Of a stretch of 58,554 nucleotides of DNA, positions 34,242 through 44,624 are shown piece after piece. Both the position numbers and the translations under genes were made by a program. The notes below the pieces were generated by a model. It did not search any database and was not told the DNA's origin. It worked only from the letters and a program-made list of their open reading frames with translations. Each line of letters begins with the position of its first letter. Positions within the stretch are counted from its first letter, which is position 1. The stretch covers positions 1 through 58,554 of the forward strand of contig CAWDPO010000007.1 of the NCBI GenBank assembly GCA_963804165.1, in the 5' to 3' direction. This DNA is from an uncultured delta proteobacterium (GTDB taxonomy: Bacteria > Desulfobacterota > Binatia > UBA9968).

Positions 34242-35222
34242 ATGTGCATCGACGTGCACGCTCATCTGTTTTCTAACACTTATATCGAAGCGCTGCGACG
34301 CGTTTTCGGGAATGATAATTCGCCGGCGGGGCAGGACGCGCAGCGTTTGATCAAATGGATGAGCACGGATCCGCGCATGACCGATGTCGAAGGTCGTCTG
34401 CAGGAGATGGAGAAGTGGGGGATCGAGATGCAGGTGCTCTCGGTTCCGTTTCACGGCGCACTTGTGCAGGACAGAGCGGCTGCAGTCGAATTAACGCAGC
34501 TGGCCAACGAGATGATCGTGCAACCCGCGCGCGATTATCCCGATCGGTTTCACGTTCTGCTCACGTTGCCGCTGCAATTTCCAGAGTTGGCGGTTGAGAC
34601 GCTCGATCGCTTCGCTCAAGAACCGACGGTAGTTGGAGTGGCTCTAATGGGCAGTGCCGGCGGGCGACCGCTCAACGATGCCGCGTTCATGCCCGTCTAT
34701 GCTGAGCTCGAGCGGCGCGGCCTGCCGTTCTTACTTCACCCCATCTCGCCGCCGGGGCTCGACTGCATGTTAGAGCTAAACCTCGCCAACGTGGTGGGCT
34801 TCATGTTCGAAACGACTTTGGCTGCGACCCGCCTCGTGCTTGCCGGTGTCTTCGAGCGGCACCCAAAGCTTCAAATGATCTTTCCGCATCTCGGGGGTCT
34901 GGCGCCCTATCTTATGGGACGAATTCAGTGGGGCTACGAGCGGTTTCCGGCGTGCAAGGAGAATCTAAGCGCGCCGCCGGAGGTTTATTTCAAACGCTTT
35001 TATTACGACACGGTCTGCCGCAACGTGCCCGCTCTGCGCATGGCGCTCTCGATGTTCGGCGTCGAGCACGTGCTTTTCGGCACCGACATTCCCTTCCGCG
35101 AGGACATCGATCTTCAACTGCAAGATCTGGAAGCGCTCAAGCTGAGTGACGCGGAGCGGCAAGCGATCGACTTCGGCAATGCGGCGCGGCTGCTTGGCAT
35201 CGAGTTCGAATCGAGCAAGTAG
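34242..35222 (+). CDS. Amidohydrolase_2 family protein (ACMSD-like decarboxylase/hydratase)
   Basis: IDVHAH; LLHP; GFMFETTLA; PHLGG; FYYDT; LFGTD.PF. Confidence 0.92.
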   Translation: MCIDVHAHLFSNTYIEALRRVFGNDNSPAGQDAQRLIKWMSTDPRMTDVEGRLQEMEKWGIEMQVLSVPFHGALVQDRAAAVELTQLANEMIVQPARDYPDRFHVLLTLPLQFPELAVETLDRFAQEPTVVGVALMGSAGGRPLNDAAFMPVYAELERRGLPFLLHPISPPGLDCMLELNLANVVGFMFETTLAATRLVLAGVFERHPKLQMIFPHLGGLAPYLMGRIQWGYERFPACKENLSAPPEVYFKRFYYDTVCRNVPALRMALSMFGVEHVLFGTDIPFREDIDLQLQDLEALKLSDAERQAIDFGNAARLLGIEFESSK

Positions 35223-35349
35223 ACTCTGGCGCACTGCGCGGGAGCATCGCTAAGACGCATTCCCGAAAAACCTATTCACCGTGATGCAGATAGCGCGCAA
35301 TGCGGTGGCGACTTGCGTACGTCCCAAGCGGCTTCGCCGGCTTCTTGCT

Positions 35350-36268
35350 TCACCCCGGGGTAAGGAATTCCAAGGCGGCTGCGTCGAGTGTCACATCGAT
35401 TTCGACGGACGAGAATGGGGTCGGCGGACCGCTTTTCATCCGCAGGTCATCATCGATATGGACGGGGAAACAGTCGCACTCGATGCGCAAGTGGCGGCCC
35501 TTGCGGACAGTCAATTCCGGACAATCGGATTTCCCTTCGAGCCGGTCTGACAAATATGTTTTGAGCTGGCTCCGTTGGTCGTTCGAGACTAGTACCACAT
35601 CGAACAAACCGTCGCCTGGATCGGCCGCGGGCGCGAGACAGAGATTTGGTCCGATGTAGCGAATGTTCAGTGCTTCGAGCAACACGTATTCGCCGGATAG
35701 GTCTCGGTCATCGAGGGTCAGCTTCAATCGAATCGCCGGGGTAGCGGTCCAGACGAATATTCATGAACTCCAACACGGATGTGATTTTTCTTCCCGTGAC
35801 ATTGTGGTGCGCGATGTCGATGTTTTTTCTCGCGTCGAGCCGCGCCATGGTCTCCGTGAAGATTCCCAAACCCAAACCTTCGATGAAATACGTCGAACCC
35901 CACGGCCCGGTTGCCGCGCCGACGTCGAATTTCAATCGGCGCGCGCTGTTCCAGCTCGCGATCAGTTGGTCGAGCGGTTGGTCCGCCACACCGAGCGCGT
36001 TGGCGACGTTATTCGCGGTGCCCATCGGCAAAACCGCGAGCGGAGTATGTTTGCCGATCATGCGCTTGGCGACCTTCCCGACGCTCCCGTCGCCGCCCGA
36101 TACAGCGACAAGGTCCACTGGGTTTTCGAGCGCCTTCTCCCAGCCGATTTCCTTCGACGACTGACCCTCGGCCGAATGGCCCGCGCTGCGGATCAATTTC
36201 AAAAGCTCGTCACCGGTGGGCTGGTTATCGCTGCCGACGTCTGGATTGTAGATGAGCGTGACGTTCAT
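35350..36268 (-). CDS. Diacylglycerol/lipid kinase family protein, split by indel
   Basis: IYNP..G; VSGGDGSV; LPMGTANNVA; ADPGDGLFDVV; HIDD. Confidence 0.9.
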
Positions 36269-36354
36269 TTCTTACGGGGTGGACTGACCGATTAATTGTG
36301 AAATACTAATTGTATGTCTCATCGCACGGCTTCAATTGAGGAGGCGAAGTCCTA

Positions 36355-37089
36355 ATGCGCATTCTAATAGCCAATGATGATGGTATCTATAGCCCCGGAA
36401 TTTTAGCACTCGCTGAAATGGCATCGAAATTTGGCGACGTGCGCATCGTTGCGCCCGACGTCGAGCAGTCTTCGGCGGGACACGCGATTACCGGCTGGCG
36501 CCCCTTGACCTACAAGCGGACACCCATCAAAGATTTTGAAGCGTACCGCGTTAACGGGACGCCCGCGGATTGTGTTGTGCTCGGCGTGCACAATTGGGAA
36601 AAAGTCGACGTGGTGCTCTCCGGCATCAATCTCGGCAGCAATCTAGGAAACTCCATTTGGCACTCTGGCACGGTAGCCGCGGCGAAGCAGGCGACGTTGT
36701 TGGAACTGCGCGGCATAGCTTTGAGCATGCCGGCGACACAAGAGGAGCCGAATTTCGATATACTAAAGGCGTCGATCGAGAAGGTCTTGGGAATTTTGTT
36801 CAAAGATCTGGAACTCAAGTTGGTCAATGTCAACTTTCCCGACGTGGAGCCGAGAGGGCTGCGCTGGACGCGCCAATCGGTGCGCCATTATGACGGCAGA
36901 GTTGTGCCAGGCGAAGACCCGATGGGCCGAAAACATTTCTGGTTCAGCGTCGTACCGATCGAAGGAACGGAAGAAGGGACCGATCGTTGGGCGGTCGAGC
37001 AAGGTTATGTCTCGATGACACCGCTGCGCATCGATCTGACCAGCGAAAAAGAGCTCGCCGCCGCGGCAACTCGTCATCCGCTCGAATGA
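36355..37089 (+). CDS. surE: 5'/3'-nucleotidase SurE
   Basis: MRILIANDDGIYSPG; VAPDVEQS; NGTPADCV; SGINLGSNLG...HSGTVAAA. Confidence 0.95.
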   Translation: MRILIANDDGIYSPGILALAEMASKFGDVRIVAPDVEQSSAGHAITGWRPLTYKRTPIKDFEAYRVNGTPADCVVLGVHNWEKVDVVLSGINLGSNLGNSIWHSGTVAAAKQATLLELRGIALSMPATQEEPNFDILKASIEKVLGILFKDLELKLVNVNFPDVEPRGLRWTRQSVRHYDGRVVPGEDPMGRKHFWFSVVPIEGTEEGTDRWAVEQGYVSMTPLRIDLTSEKELAAAATRHPLE

Positions 37090-37246
37090 ACTGGGGAGCT
37101 GCCCGCTGAAAAGCCCTCTCGATATCTAGTCGCTAAGTCTACTACGGCTCAAGTGGCATCATTGACGCTGATGGCTTCGTGCGCTTCGCATGAGTCGAGG
37201 CGAATCCTGTTTTTAGTTTGGTAACGTCTTTGCAGCGCTATGAAGC

Positions 37247-37492
37247 GTGGACTACGTTGATCTTATCCAATGGCCGGCCATGATCATGACCGCGGCCGCC
37301 GCATGGTTGGTGGGCTCGCAACGACGACCGAAACGCAGTGCCGGTTTCTGGATTTTTCTTCTAAGTAACCTGCTCTGGATTATCTGGGGTTGGTACGCTC
37401 ATGCCTATGCTCTGATTATCTTGCAGGTCTGCCTGGTTGCGATCAATATTCGCGGCGCGCAGAAAAACGATCCAGCCGCGGGCACCGATTAG
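37247..37492 (+). CDS. Small three-helix membrane protein
   Basis: LIQWPAM...AAWLVGS; GFWIFLLSNLLWIIWG; LIILQ. Confidence 0.7.
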   Translation: MDYVDLIQWPAMIMTAAAAWLVGSQRRPKRSAGFWIFLLSNLLWIIWGWYAHAYALIILQVCLVAINIRGAQKNDPAAGTD

Positions 37493-37672
37493 CGCGCAAA
37501 TAGACGTTGGCCATGTTCCGTGGAGCCGTCGCCAGCAAATCCTTTCGCCCACCTTTACTCGACGCACTTCGCCTATCATTTTGTCGGTCTTTTCACACTG
37601 AGTTAATGGCAAATTCTTACAAATAATCGGGCTTCGCTCGCGAAAAGCTTTGAATTCCAAAGCTTATTATTC

Positions 37673-37688
37673 TGGCATATGGCTTGCG
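37673..37688 (+). promoter_or_regulatory. Sigma-54-type -24/-12 promoter upstream of the csbD-family gene
   Basis: TGGCAT-ATGGC-TTGCG (GG-N10-GC), about 70 nt before ATG. Confidence 0.6.
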
Positions 37689-37758
37689 GAAAACTTTCTC
37701 CGGTTATCGAGATCAAAGATTCCACACGGTACGAGGAAATAAATCAAGGAGGTATCGC

Positions 37759-37956
37759 ATGAATTGGGATCAGGTCGCTGGACAATGGAAGCAGATCAAA
37801 GGCAAGGCGAAGACGAAATGGGGAAAACTGACTGACGATGAAATCGATGTCGTTGAAGGCAAACGCGATCAGCTCGTCGGCAAAATCCAGCAACGTTATG
37901 GAATCGACAAAGACAAGGCGGAAAAGGAAGTTGACGACTGGATTAAAGAATTCTAA
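37759..37956 (+). CDS. csbD: CsbD/YjbJ family stress protein
   Basis: RBS aggagg; MNWDQVAGQWKQIKGKAKTKWGKLTDDE...GKIQQRYG. Confidence 0.93.
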   Translation: MNWDQVAGQWKQIKGKAKTKWGKLTDDEIDVVEGKRDQLVGKIQQRYGIDKDKAEKEVDDWIKEF

Positions 37957-37969
37957 CAGCTGCTGAATG

Positions 37970-38002
37970 CCGCTCCGTTTGCCTTGAAGGTGAACGGAGC
38001 GG
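37970..38002 (+). terminator. Stem-loop downstream of csbD-family gene
   Basis: ccgctccgtt ... aacggagcgg 10-bp stem; U-tract weak. Confidence 0.5.
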
Positions 38003-38053
38003 TCCCTTCCTAACTGGTTATGGCTGCTTTTTTGATTTTCGGCTGAATGAGCC

Positions 38054-38662
38054 GTGACAAAGGAACCCGTGGCGCCGACCTCAGCGTATCCGTTGATCGT
38101 TGTAATTGTTCTGAGTAGCCTGAGCGGCCTTCCTTTTGTATTCTCCCTGCATCAAACACATGCAGAGGTCCAATCGTCCCAACAACCACCACTCCTCTCC
38201 CCGGAACCAAACCGTCACGTGATTGTTTTCGATAACGACGCTTTAGAAAAAATGTTCGGCAAGTCACGGCGCAGTACCGCAAACGAGAGTGGTCCAGCGA
38301 AAATTCCCGATAGAGGCGACTTTCCGACGGTGGCACCCAATCATTCTTTGTTGTCCGCTATCGGCCGCCGTACGAGCTCCAAGAGTGCGGCGGCCCTGCG
38401 TTTTGCCGAAAGCGGCAGGACTTTGATTCAAGCGGGAGAAAGCCGAAGGGCGGTATTCGTTCTCGAAAAGGCGCTCAGCCTGGAGGCCAGTCCGTTCGTT
38501 TATTTTTATCTTGCGCGCGCTCATTATTACCTCGCGGATTATCAGCGGGCCGGCGAATTTGCTGAAATAGCCGAAGCACTTTTTTACGAGCAACCCGATT
38601 GGACTGAAGAATTGCTCAAGCTGAAAAGCGCATTGTCCGCGCCGCATGGCCGGCCGCGATAG
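38054..38662 (+). CDS. Membrane-anchored/secreted TPR-like hypothetical protein
   Basis: N-terminal hydrophobic segment; AVFVLEKALSL...YFYLARAHY...Y..A..FA TPR pattern. Confidence 0.65.
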   Translation: MTKEPVAPTSAYPLIVVIVLSSLSGLPFVFSLHQTHAEVQSSQQPPLLSPEPNRHVIVFDNDALEKMFGKSRRSTANESGPAKIPDRGDFPTVAPNHSLLSAIGRRTSSKSAAALRFAESGRTLIQAGESRRAVFVLEKALSLEASPFVYFYLARAHYYLADYQRAGEFAEIAEALFYEQPDWTEELLKLKSALSAPHGRPR

Positions 38663-38766
38663 CCGAAATCGGCGTAGTAGCCAGCAAACGTTTTACCACG
38701 ATGATTTCGAAGTGCGCGCGGTAGAACAGCACCGGGGTCGATGCCACAGGGAAGACGGTGGAAATA

Positions 38767-39084
38767 ATGGCGTCAAAACGAAAGAAACGAAAATCGGTTG
38801 TGAAGACGCGGCGTTGGTCGCAACGGGTCACCGAAACCAGTGATGCGCTCGATTTGGACAAAGGAGTCTTCTCTTTGAGTGATCCCGGCGCCATCGCGCG
38901 ATCGCTCAAGCGCTCGGCCGATCGAAGCCGGCGGCGCAAGAGCGATCCGTTTCGGTCCGCGATGTCGATGCTGAATTTTTACATCAATCGCGCGGGCCGA
39001 AAACTTTCCAAAGGTCAGCGCGGCCGACTTGACGCGGCCAAAGACAAATTGCGCGTCCTATATCACCGTAATCGGGCGAGTTGA
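38767..39084 (+). CDS. DUF3175 domain-containing protein
   Basis: RWSQRVTETSDALDL; IARSLKRSA; PFRSAMSMLNFYINRAG. Confidence 0.88.
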   Translation: MASKRKKRKSVVKTRRWSQRVTETSDALDLDKGVFSLSDPGAIARSLKRSADRSRRRKSDPFRSAMSMLNFYINRAGRKLSKGQRGRLDAAKDKLRVLYHRNRAS

Positions 39085-39153
39085 TTTTTGTCAGCGCGGC
39101 CTGATGCGGCGTTTCTCGCTCGATTCTCATCCTTCGAGAAGGGCTGATCCTCG

Positions 39154-39885
39154 TTACGCTTTCATTCCCGAATAACTATTGATCGTCGCGTGCAGGTTGC
39201 GCGCGAAGTCGGTGGCGGCTTGCGTGTTCATACCGAACGCCGTGCGGGCGTATTCTTTGAGCGCGAGCACAGCGGCAAGCGGCATCTTTTTCAAGTGCTC
39301 CACGAGTGTTGCCACCGCGCTGTCGAGGTCGCTGGCCGGCACGACATTACTAGCAAGTCCGAACGTCAACGCTTTGTGGGCGTCGATTTCCTGCGCCGAA
39401 TACATCATAAAGGTCGCCGCCTTGCGCGGCATGCGGTCGACCAAAGCGGAAAATGCGATGGTCGGCATGATGCGGTGCGCCGTCTCGGGAAATGAGAAGC
39501 GGGCTCTGTCGCCAGCGATCGTGATGTCGCACAGCGCGGCAAGCGCGCAGCCGAGACCGACGGCGCGGCCCTGCACGACACCGATGACCGGCACCCTGGC
39601 GTTGCGAAAAGCGCCGTAGAGATTGAAAATCGTCTCAGCGCGGTCGCGCACCGCGTAAGCCTCTGGCGCCGGGCCTGGTTGAGCTTGGCCCATCGCCTCT
39701 CGACCCATGCAAAAATCATCGCCCGTGCCTTTGAACAGAATCAATCGCGATGATTTTGATGCGTCGTCGAACATCTGCGTGACCAGCGCCCAAGTCACGT
39801 CGGTCTGGCGGTTGCCGGCTTCGGGCCGGTTCAATGTAATCGTCACGATATCGCCGTCTTTTTGCATGAGTACTGGATCTGCCAT
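39154..39885 (-). CDS. Enoyl-CoA hydratase/isomerase family protein
   Basis: TITLNRPE; DFCMG; PVIGVVQGRAVGLG..LA..CDI; FSFPE. Confidence 0.9.
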   Translation of the reverse strand: MADPVLMQKDGDIVTITLNRPEAGNRQTDVTWALVTQMFDDASKSSRLILFKGTGDDFCMGREAMGQAQPGPAPEAYAVRDRAETIFNLYGAFRNARVPVIGVVQGRAVGLGCALAALCDITIAGDRARFSFPETAHRIMPTIAFSALVDRMPRKAATFMMYSAQEIDAHKALTFGLASNVVPASDLDSAVATLVEHLKKMPLAAVLALKEYARTAFGMNTQAATDFARNLHATINSYSGMKA

Positions 39886-40139
39886 GAAGGTTTTCCTCCC
39901 GTTTCGGTTGATCGACTCTAAAAGAGGCGCGCGCGCTTTGTCAACGCCATACGGGCCTGTCTGCTAGCGTCGAATCTCTGCGTGCATGCCAAACCTATCA
40001 ACCATCATTAAATCCACTCAGCAAGGCCGATGCGTTGGAGTTGAACACAATTTGAGCATTGCCTGAATGCAAAACAAGCAGAACTTCTTTTCGACGCGAA
40101 CAGAAAGGGAAAACTTTACCTTAAATCACTGATACGAGG

Positions 40140-40155
40140 CGGCATGGCAATTGCT
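40140..40155 (+). promoter_or_regulatory. Sigma-54-type promoter upstream of 40271 gene
   Basis: CGGCAT-GGCAA-TTGCT (GG-N10-GC). Confidence 0.5.
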
Positions 40156-40270
40156 CCATTTTAAACACAGTGGCGACGGCGACGCGGCCTCGCTGAGCGG
40201 CAAAGGCGCTTGACCGTAGAGGTTCGGCGCTTTTGTTTTTTACGGGGTTGTTAAGCGAAGGAGACAAGCA

Positions 40271-41100
40271 ATGATCAGAATTGGCTCGGCATGTGGACGG
40301 CCGCCGACGGCTCGGTCGCGTTGCGGCCGAATTATTTTGAGTGCAATTCTCGCCGCAATCGTTAATTTGCCGGTTGCGCTGAAGGCCGGCGATGAAGAGG
40401 ATCGTTACGGTAGTTGGTTTTTTACATCCGATGAGGTCGAGGCAGCCTACCAGTATCAGCAAAGTTTCGGCGAGCGGCTGCGGTTTCCGCTAAGAGCCGG
40501 CCCCTGTCTTTTTCGTGACGGCGAGTTTGCTACATCTTACCGTCGCAGCCAATTCGCAGTGTCGTGCCGCTTCGTCATGGAAGTGACGCGGCATCTGAAG
40601 GAAATGCTCGAGACCGGCGCGGCGAAATTTCTCTTTCCGCTAGATGCCGATCACGCGCACCTGGGCGTGCCGCTGGACGTGTGGAACAATAAATACAAAA
40701 ATCTTCCGGCGGAGCAAGTTTTCGCCGCGATGCTCCGGGAACCCGGGTTGGTCGCTCTGTATCACACGGCGGAACATCTCAGAGTTACCGATCGTAAAAC
40801 CGGCAAGGTCAATGCGGCCGCCAAGGTATGGCAAGAAAAGCGCAACGTCTTGGGCTATTTCGACGGGCGGCCGATCAGGATTTTACCGTCTGACCCGAAA
40901 GGCCAAGGCGTGGGGATGCCTGAAAGTTTTTATTCGTATGGCGGTTTCAGTTTCCTGGCGAGCCCGAGAGGCGAACTTTATTTGGTTTCGGGAGCGAACA
41001 TGATCACTTTCGACTCGCTTTCGACTCTGGCAATGTCGAGGATTTCGAGGAGCAAAATGCCTATTACGGTGACAGGAAATTGGTGCGCGCCGGTCAATGA
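40271..41100 (+). CDS. Secreted hypothetical protein (3' end inferred across an indel)
   Basis: RBS ggag; signal-like IILSAILAAIVNLPVALKA; motifs FPLDADHAHL and LYHTAEHL. Confidence 0.7.
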
Positions 41101-41660
41101 CCGGGTCGGCGAAAACGCCGTCTCTGGCGGAGTATCGAGATCGCCTGAGGACGCGCCGCTATAATAAGGTCCCACCCGCGGGCAGCGGCGTTCTCGCTAA
41201 TTTCCGCAAAATCCCCAGTCGAACATTACCGGCGATTTCCGTCGGTTACCGCAGCGTGTCGGCCATTATCCGGATTTCTCGTCGCGCGAGTGGCACCGGC
41301 GTGGCCGGCGCGTCGCTACGCGGCGTGCACTTGCTTTTGCGGGGCGCGGACACAAACGGTCCGACTTTAGAAATCTTCAGCTACTCAAAACTTGCCGACG
41401 GACCCGTTCCCGCGGTTAACCGGCCCGGCTTCACGCATATCGTGTTTGAAGTCACGTCGGTGCCGGCGGCTCGCGACGAAATTCTCGGCGCAGGCGGCAA
41501 GACGATTGGTGACGTCGTCGCGCTCGAAACCGCGACAGGCGCCCGCGTGTCGTGGTGTTATGTCACGGATCCGGAAGGCAACATCATCGAGCTGCAATCC
41601 TGGTCCACCGACCCGAGCCAGCAGGATGCGCCGGAAACGGAGATCGAGAATTGCGTCTGA
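41097..41660 (+). CDS. VOC/glyoxalase family protein, 5' part unclear or damaged
   Basis: GPTLEIFSY; NRPGFTHIVFEV; YVTDPEGNIIELQSW. Confidence 0.72.
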   Translation: MTGSAKTPSLAEYRDRLRTRRYNKVPPAGSGVLANFRKIPSRTLPAISVGYRSVSAIIRISRRASGTGVAGASLRGVHLLLRGADTNGPTLEIFSYSKLADGPVPAVNRPGFTHIVFEVTSVPAARDEILGAGGKTIGDVVALETATGARVSWCYVTDPEGNIIELQSWSTDPSQQDAPETEIENCV

Positions 41661-41803
41661 GTATTTGCTTGGGCCGGGCAACGTCCAAGACAACCGGTCG
41701 CGGCGCGAAATTCATCTCAATAATTTGGTGAATTTCGCGCCTTATGTCACCACGCGATACATTCACTCTAGAGCCGATACGATCAACTGCGAATTGACAA
41801 AGC

Positions 41804-42148
41804 CTAGGCGGCCGCAGATATCTTTGGTTCGGAAGGACGCTCCGCCCTTAGCTGCGCATTGGTCACTTCGAGCTCGTGTATCCGCTGTTCGAGATCTGCC
41901 ATCGTGCGTCGAGCTCTGCCCATTTCGCGATCCTTTCCGAAAATCGTTAGCGATGCGGAAAGAGTCCGCGCAAAGTAAAATATACAGGCGATGAGGAGGC
42001 CGAGAAGCAGCGATCCAACGGCAACCACGTACAAGGGTACCTCCGGCCAGATGAAATCGCCGACACGAAGAGCGACCGACGCAGTGTTCTGAGTTGCAAA
42101 GTAACCAATCCCTAATCCGAAAATGACCGTCAATAGTATCGATATCAT
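41804..42148 (-). CDS. LapA/DUF1049 family membrane protein
   Basis: RBS aggag; FATQNT..V.L; PLYVVAVGSLLLG; C-terminal coiled coil. Confidence 0.8.
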   Translation of the reverse strand: MISILLTVIFGLGIGYFATQNTASVALRVGDFIWPEVPLYVVAVGSLLLGLLIACIFYFARTLSASLTIFGKDREMGRARRTMADLEQRIHELEVTNAQLRAERPSEPKISAAA

Positions 42149-42594
42149 AAGGGTTCTCCTTTCTCGCAGTAATGGCTTCGCTCATCGGCCGCTTGCATCA
42201 TCGGCGGTAGCGACCAACGTATCTCAGCGAAACTCTGTGTCCGATGTCGGGACACTCGACTGATTTGGCTCCCCGGCGCTTTTTACTGACGGCGACGACG
42301 CAAGCCTGAATCGCCGGCCGCGTTTGGAAGAGAGATGCTCTCTCGACCGACACAGCCGCTGATGGTGAATAACTATTCGATGGTGGTTGAACAAGATGCG
42401 GAACGGATCAACACGTTGCGAGTTATAGGCTCATTTTTCCATAATCGTATTATCTCTCGTAATATCTGTCCGATATTCGCGGCCCTGCATTTAGTCGCCG
42501 ATCGCCCGGCCGGCGCCGAGTCCTGACCCCGGCCGATTGCCTCGCCCACTCCATCCCTTCGTCAGGAGATCTCAAGCCGCTGTTTACGGATACG

Positions 42595-42610
42595 CGCAAG
42601 TCACGTGCCA
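42595..42610 (-). promoter_or_regulatory. Sigma-54-type promoter facing the lapA-family gene
   Basis: Minus strand TGGCAC-GTGAC-TTGCG. Confidence 0.55.
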
Positions 42611-42971
42611 CTCGGGAATTTTACGCAAATCAGGAAGCTTGTAGCCGGGCGTTAAAACATTCGTGGAGGGATTATCATCCGTTGGAGGAGAAAAACTACT
42701 TACGACGACCAATCAATTGGGGTTTTTTTTGCAGTTTCCGGCGAACAATTGGTTTTGCAAGAGGATCTTAAACTACGCTGACAAGTTGCACAATTAACGG
42801 TCGTCCCGAAATTGCGACGTCAGGTAACGAATCACCTCCGCGACAAAATCCTGCGCGCCGTGCTTGCGAACATCAATCGTCGGCAATAGAATATCGTCCG
42901 ATCGAGAAAGTAAGCACACGCCGTAAACGCCAAACGCATTTTAATTCGATTTAAATCACCCGGAGGTCGCC

Positions 42972-43376
42972 ATGGCCGAGCAAACACTCAAAGGAAGTTG
43001 TCTGTGCAAATCGGTGCGCTACGAAGTGAGCACGCCGTTTATGCGATTTGGCCACTGCTATTGCTCGCGCTGCCGCAAAGCAACGGGCGGCGTGCGCGCG
43101 ACGAATATCGCAGTGCCGGTCGCGCAATTTCGCTGGACGCAGGGCGAGAATTTGATCAAGCGCTTCGATTTGCCGGAGGCGAAAAGTTTCGCGCGGCAAA
43201 TCTGCGGCAATTGCAACTGCCCGGTGCCACACGCCTCGCGCGATGGCACGCGCGCGGTCGTTCCCGCTGGCACTCTGGACGATGTGCCTCCGGGAAAACC
43301 CGCGGCGCACGGGCACTGGAGCAGCCGGGTGCCTTGGGTGGAAATCAACGAATCGGAGTTGCCGTGCACCGATTAG
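42972..43376 (+). CDS. GFA/CENP-V family zinc protein
   Basis: GSCLCKSVRY; HCYCSRCRKATG; CGNC. Confidence 0.92.
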   Translation: MAEQTLKGSCLCKSVRYEVSTPFMRFGHCYCSRCRKATGGVRATNIAVPVAQFRWTQGENLIKRFDLPEAKSFARQICGNCNCPVPHASRDGTRAVVPAGTLDDVPPGKPAAHGHWSSRVPWVEINESELPCTD

Positions 43377-43413
43377 CGCTGGGGCGACAACGGCAGTAAA
43401 TTTTCGGCGCCGA

Positions 43414-44526
43414 TCAATGCATTAACGCGTGAGCCACGACTTCGAATCCAACGATACCGAGCGCGGCGAGAGAGGCGGCGAGCACGAAGTTGGTGCGGCG
43501 CCGCTCCAGCGTCGACATCATTTTGATTTGCTCAGGAACTTTGGCATCCATTCTCAGCTTGCGGGCGTGCCACAGTGTGTAGAGGTTGGCGCAAGCAGCG
43601 AGCGTCGTCAGCACCAGGATGGGAAGGCGAAGCGCGCTTTGGTCGAGAAAAGTGAGCACGCCGGCGAGACCGAAGAGTCCGCCCGCGCCGACGGCGACGG
43701 CCAGGGGGCCGATCAAGGTAACCACCGCACACGGCGCGCCGAGAATGCCGAAAATGATTGCGCCGATGCTGGCACTTTGGCGCGCGGTCGTTTCGGGTGG
43801 ATCGTCGATCAAGCGGGGCGCATTTCTTTGGCCCAAGCGAAACGCCGTAACCGGTTCGCGAAATCCCTTGAGGAGCAGCTGTTCGCGTATGGCATCCGGA
43901 AAATCTTCCGCATGCTTTGTATAAGATTCTTCACTGATCAGAATTTCCCCGGCGCTCGCTTTGCCTTGAAGGCGAGCCGCGAGATTGACCACGTCGCCGA
44001 TGGCTGTGTAGTCCTTGGAGTCGTCGGAACCTAACCGGCCGACGCGGGCATAACCGGTGGCCACACCTACCGACGCTTCGAGCGCGAGTCCAAATCGTGC
44101 GCCAAGCGTTTTTAACCCGGATCCCAGTTCCGTGGCCGCAGCGACGGCGCGACGGGCGTGATCGTCGTGGCGGATCGGCACGTTGAACAGGGCCATGACG
44201 GCGTCGCCGACGTATTTGTCGATGAATGCGCCGTGTTTGACCAGTACGTCTGTGGCCATTCGTAAAAATGCATCGACCACCTCATGGGTTTTTTCCGCGC
44301 CGAGATCGTGAGTCAACTCGGTGAACGACGAGAGGTCGGCGAAAAGAACGGTGATTTCCACCATCCGTCCCTCTTCGACGTGAGTGCTGCAGCGCGTGCA
44401 GATATTCGGATTGCGCGGGCTGCGCCGTATGCCGAAAGTGCGGTAGACGACGCCCAGGACGCCCGAAAATATCGTGCCGCAAATGTTGCATTGCGCGGCG
44501 AGGTGCGCGTGCGACGAGGCTGGCAT
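43414..44526 (-). CDS. Class III adenylate cyclase with N-terminal Cys motif and C-terminal membrane domain
   Basis: CNIC...CTRC; VLFADLSSFT; DKYVGDAVMA; DYTAIGDVVNLAARLQ; three C-terminal TM helices. Confidence 0.9.
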   Translation of the reverse strand: MPASSHAHLAAQCNICGTIFSGVLGVVYRTFGIRRSPRNPNICTRCSTHVEEGRMVEITVLFADLSSFTELTHDLGAEKTHEVVDAFLRMATDVLVKHGAFIDKYVGDAVMALFNVPIRHDDHARRAVAAATELGSGLKTLGARFGLALEASVGVATGYARVGRLGSDDSKDYTAIGDVVNLAARLQGKASAGEILISEESYTKHAEDFPDAIREQLLLKGFREPVTAFRLGQRNAPRLIDDPPETTARQSASIGAIIFGILGAPCAVVTLIGPLAVAVGAGGLFGLAGVLTFLDQSALRLPILVLTTLAACANLYTLWHARKLRMDAKVPEQIKMMSTLERRRTNFVLAASLAALGIVGFEVVAHALMH

Positions 44527-44624
44527 CGAGTTAGCAGTAGCGTACGCGGCGCAGCGCTGTCAATGCGATTGCAATCGCGATTCAAATACAGGAATAATGC
44601 GGCGACTGTCAGGAGGTTTTCGCG

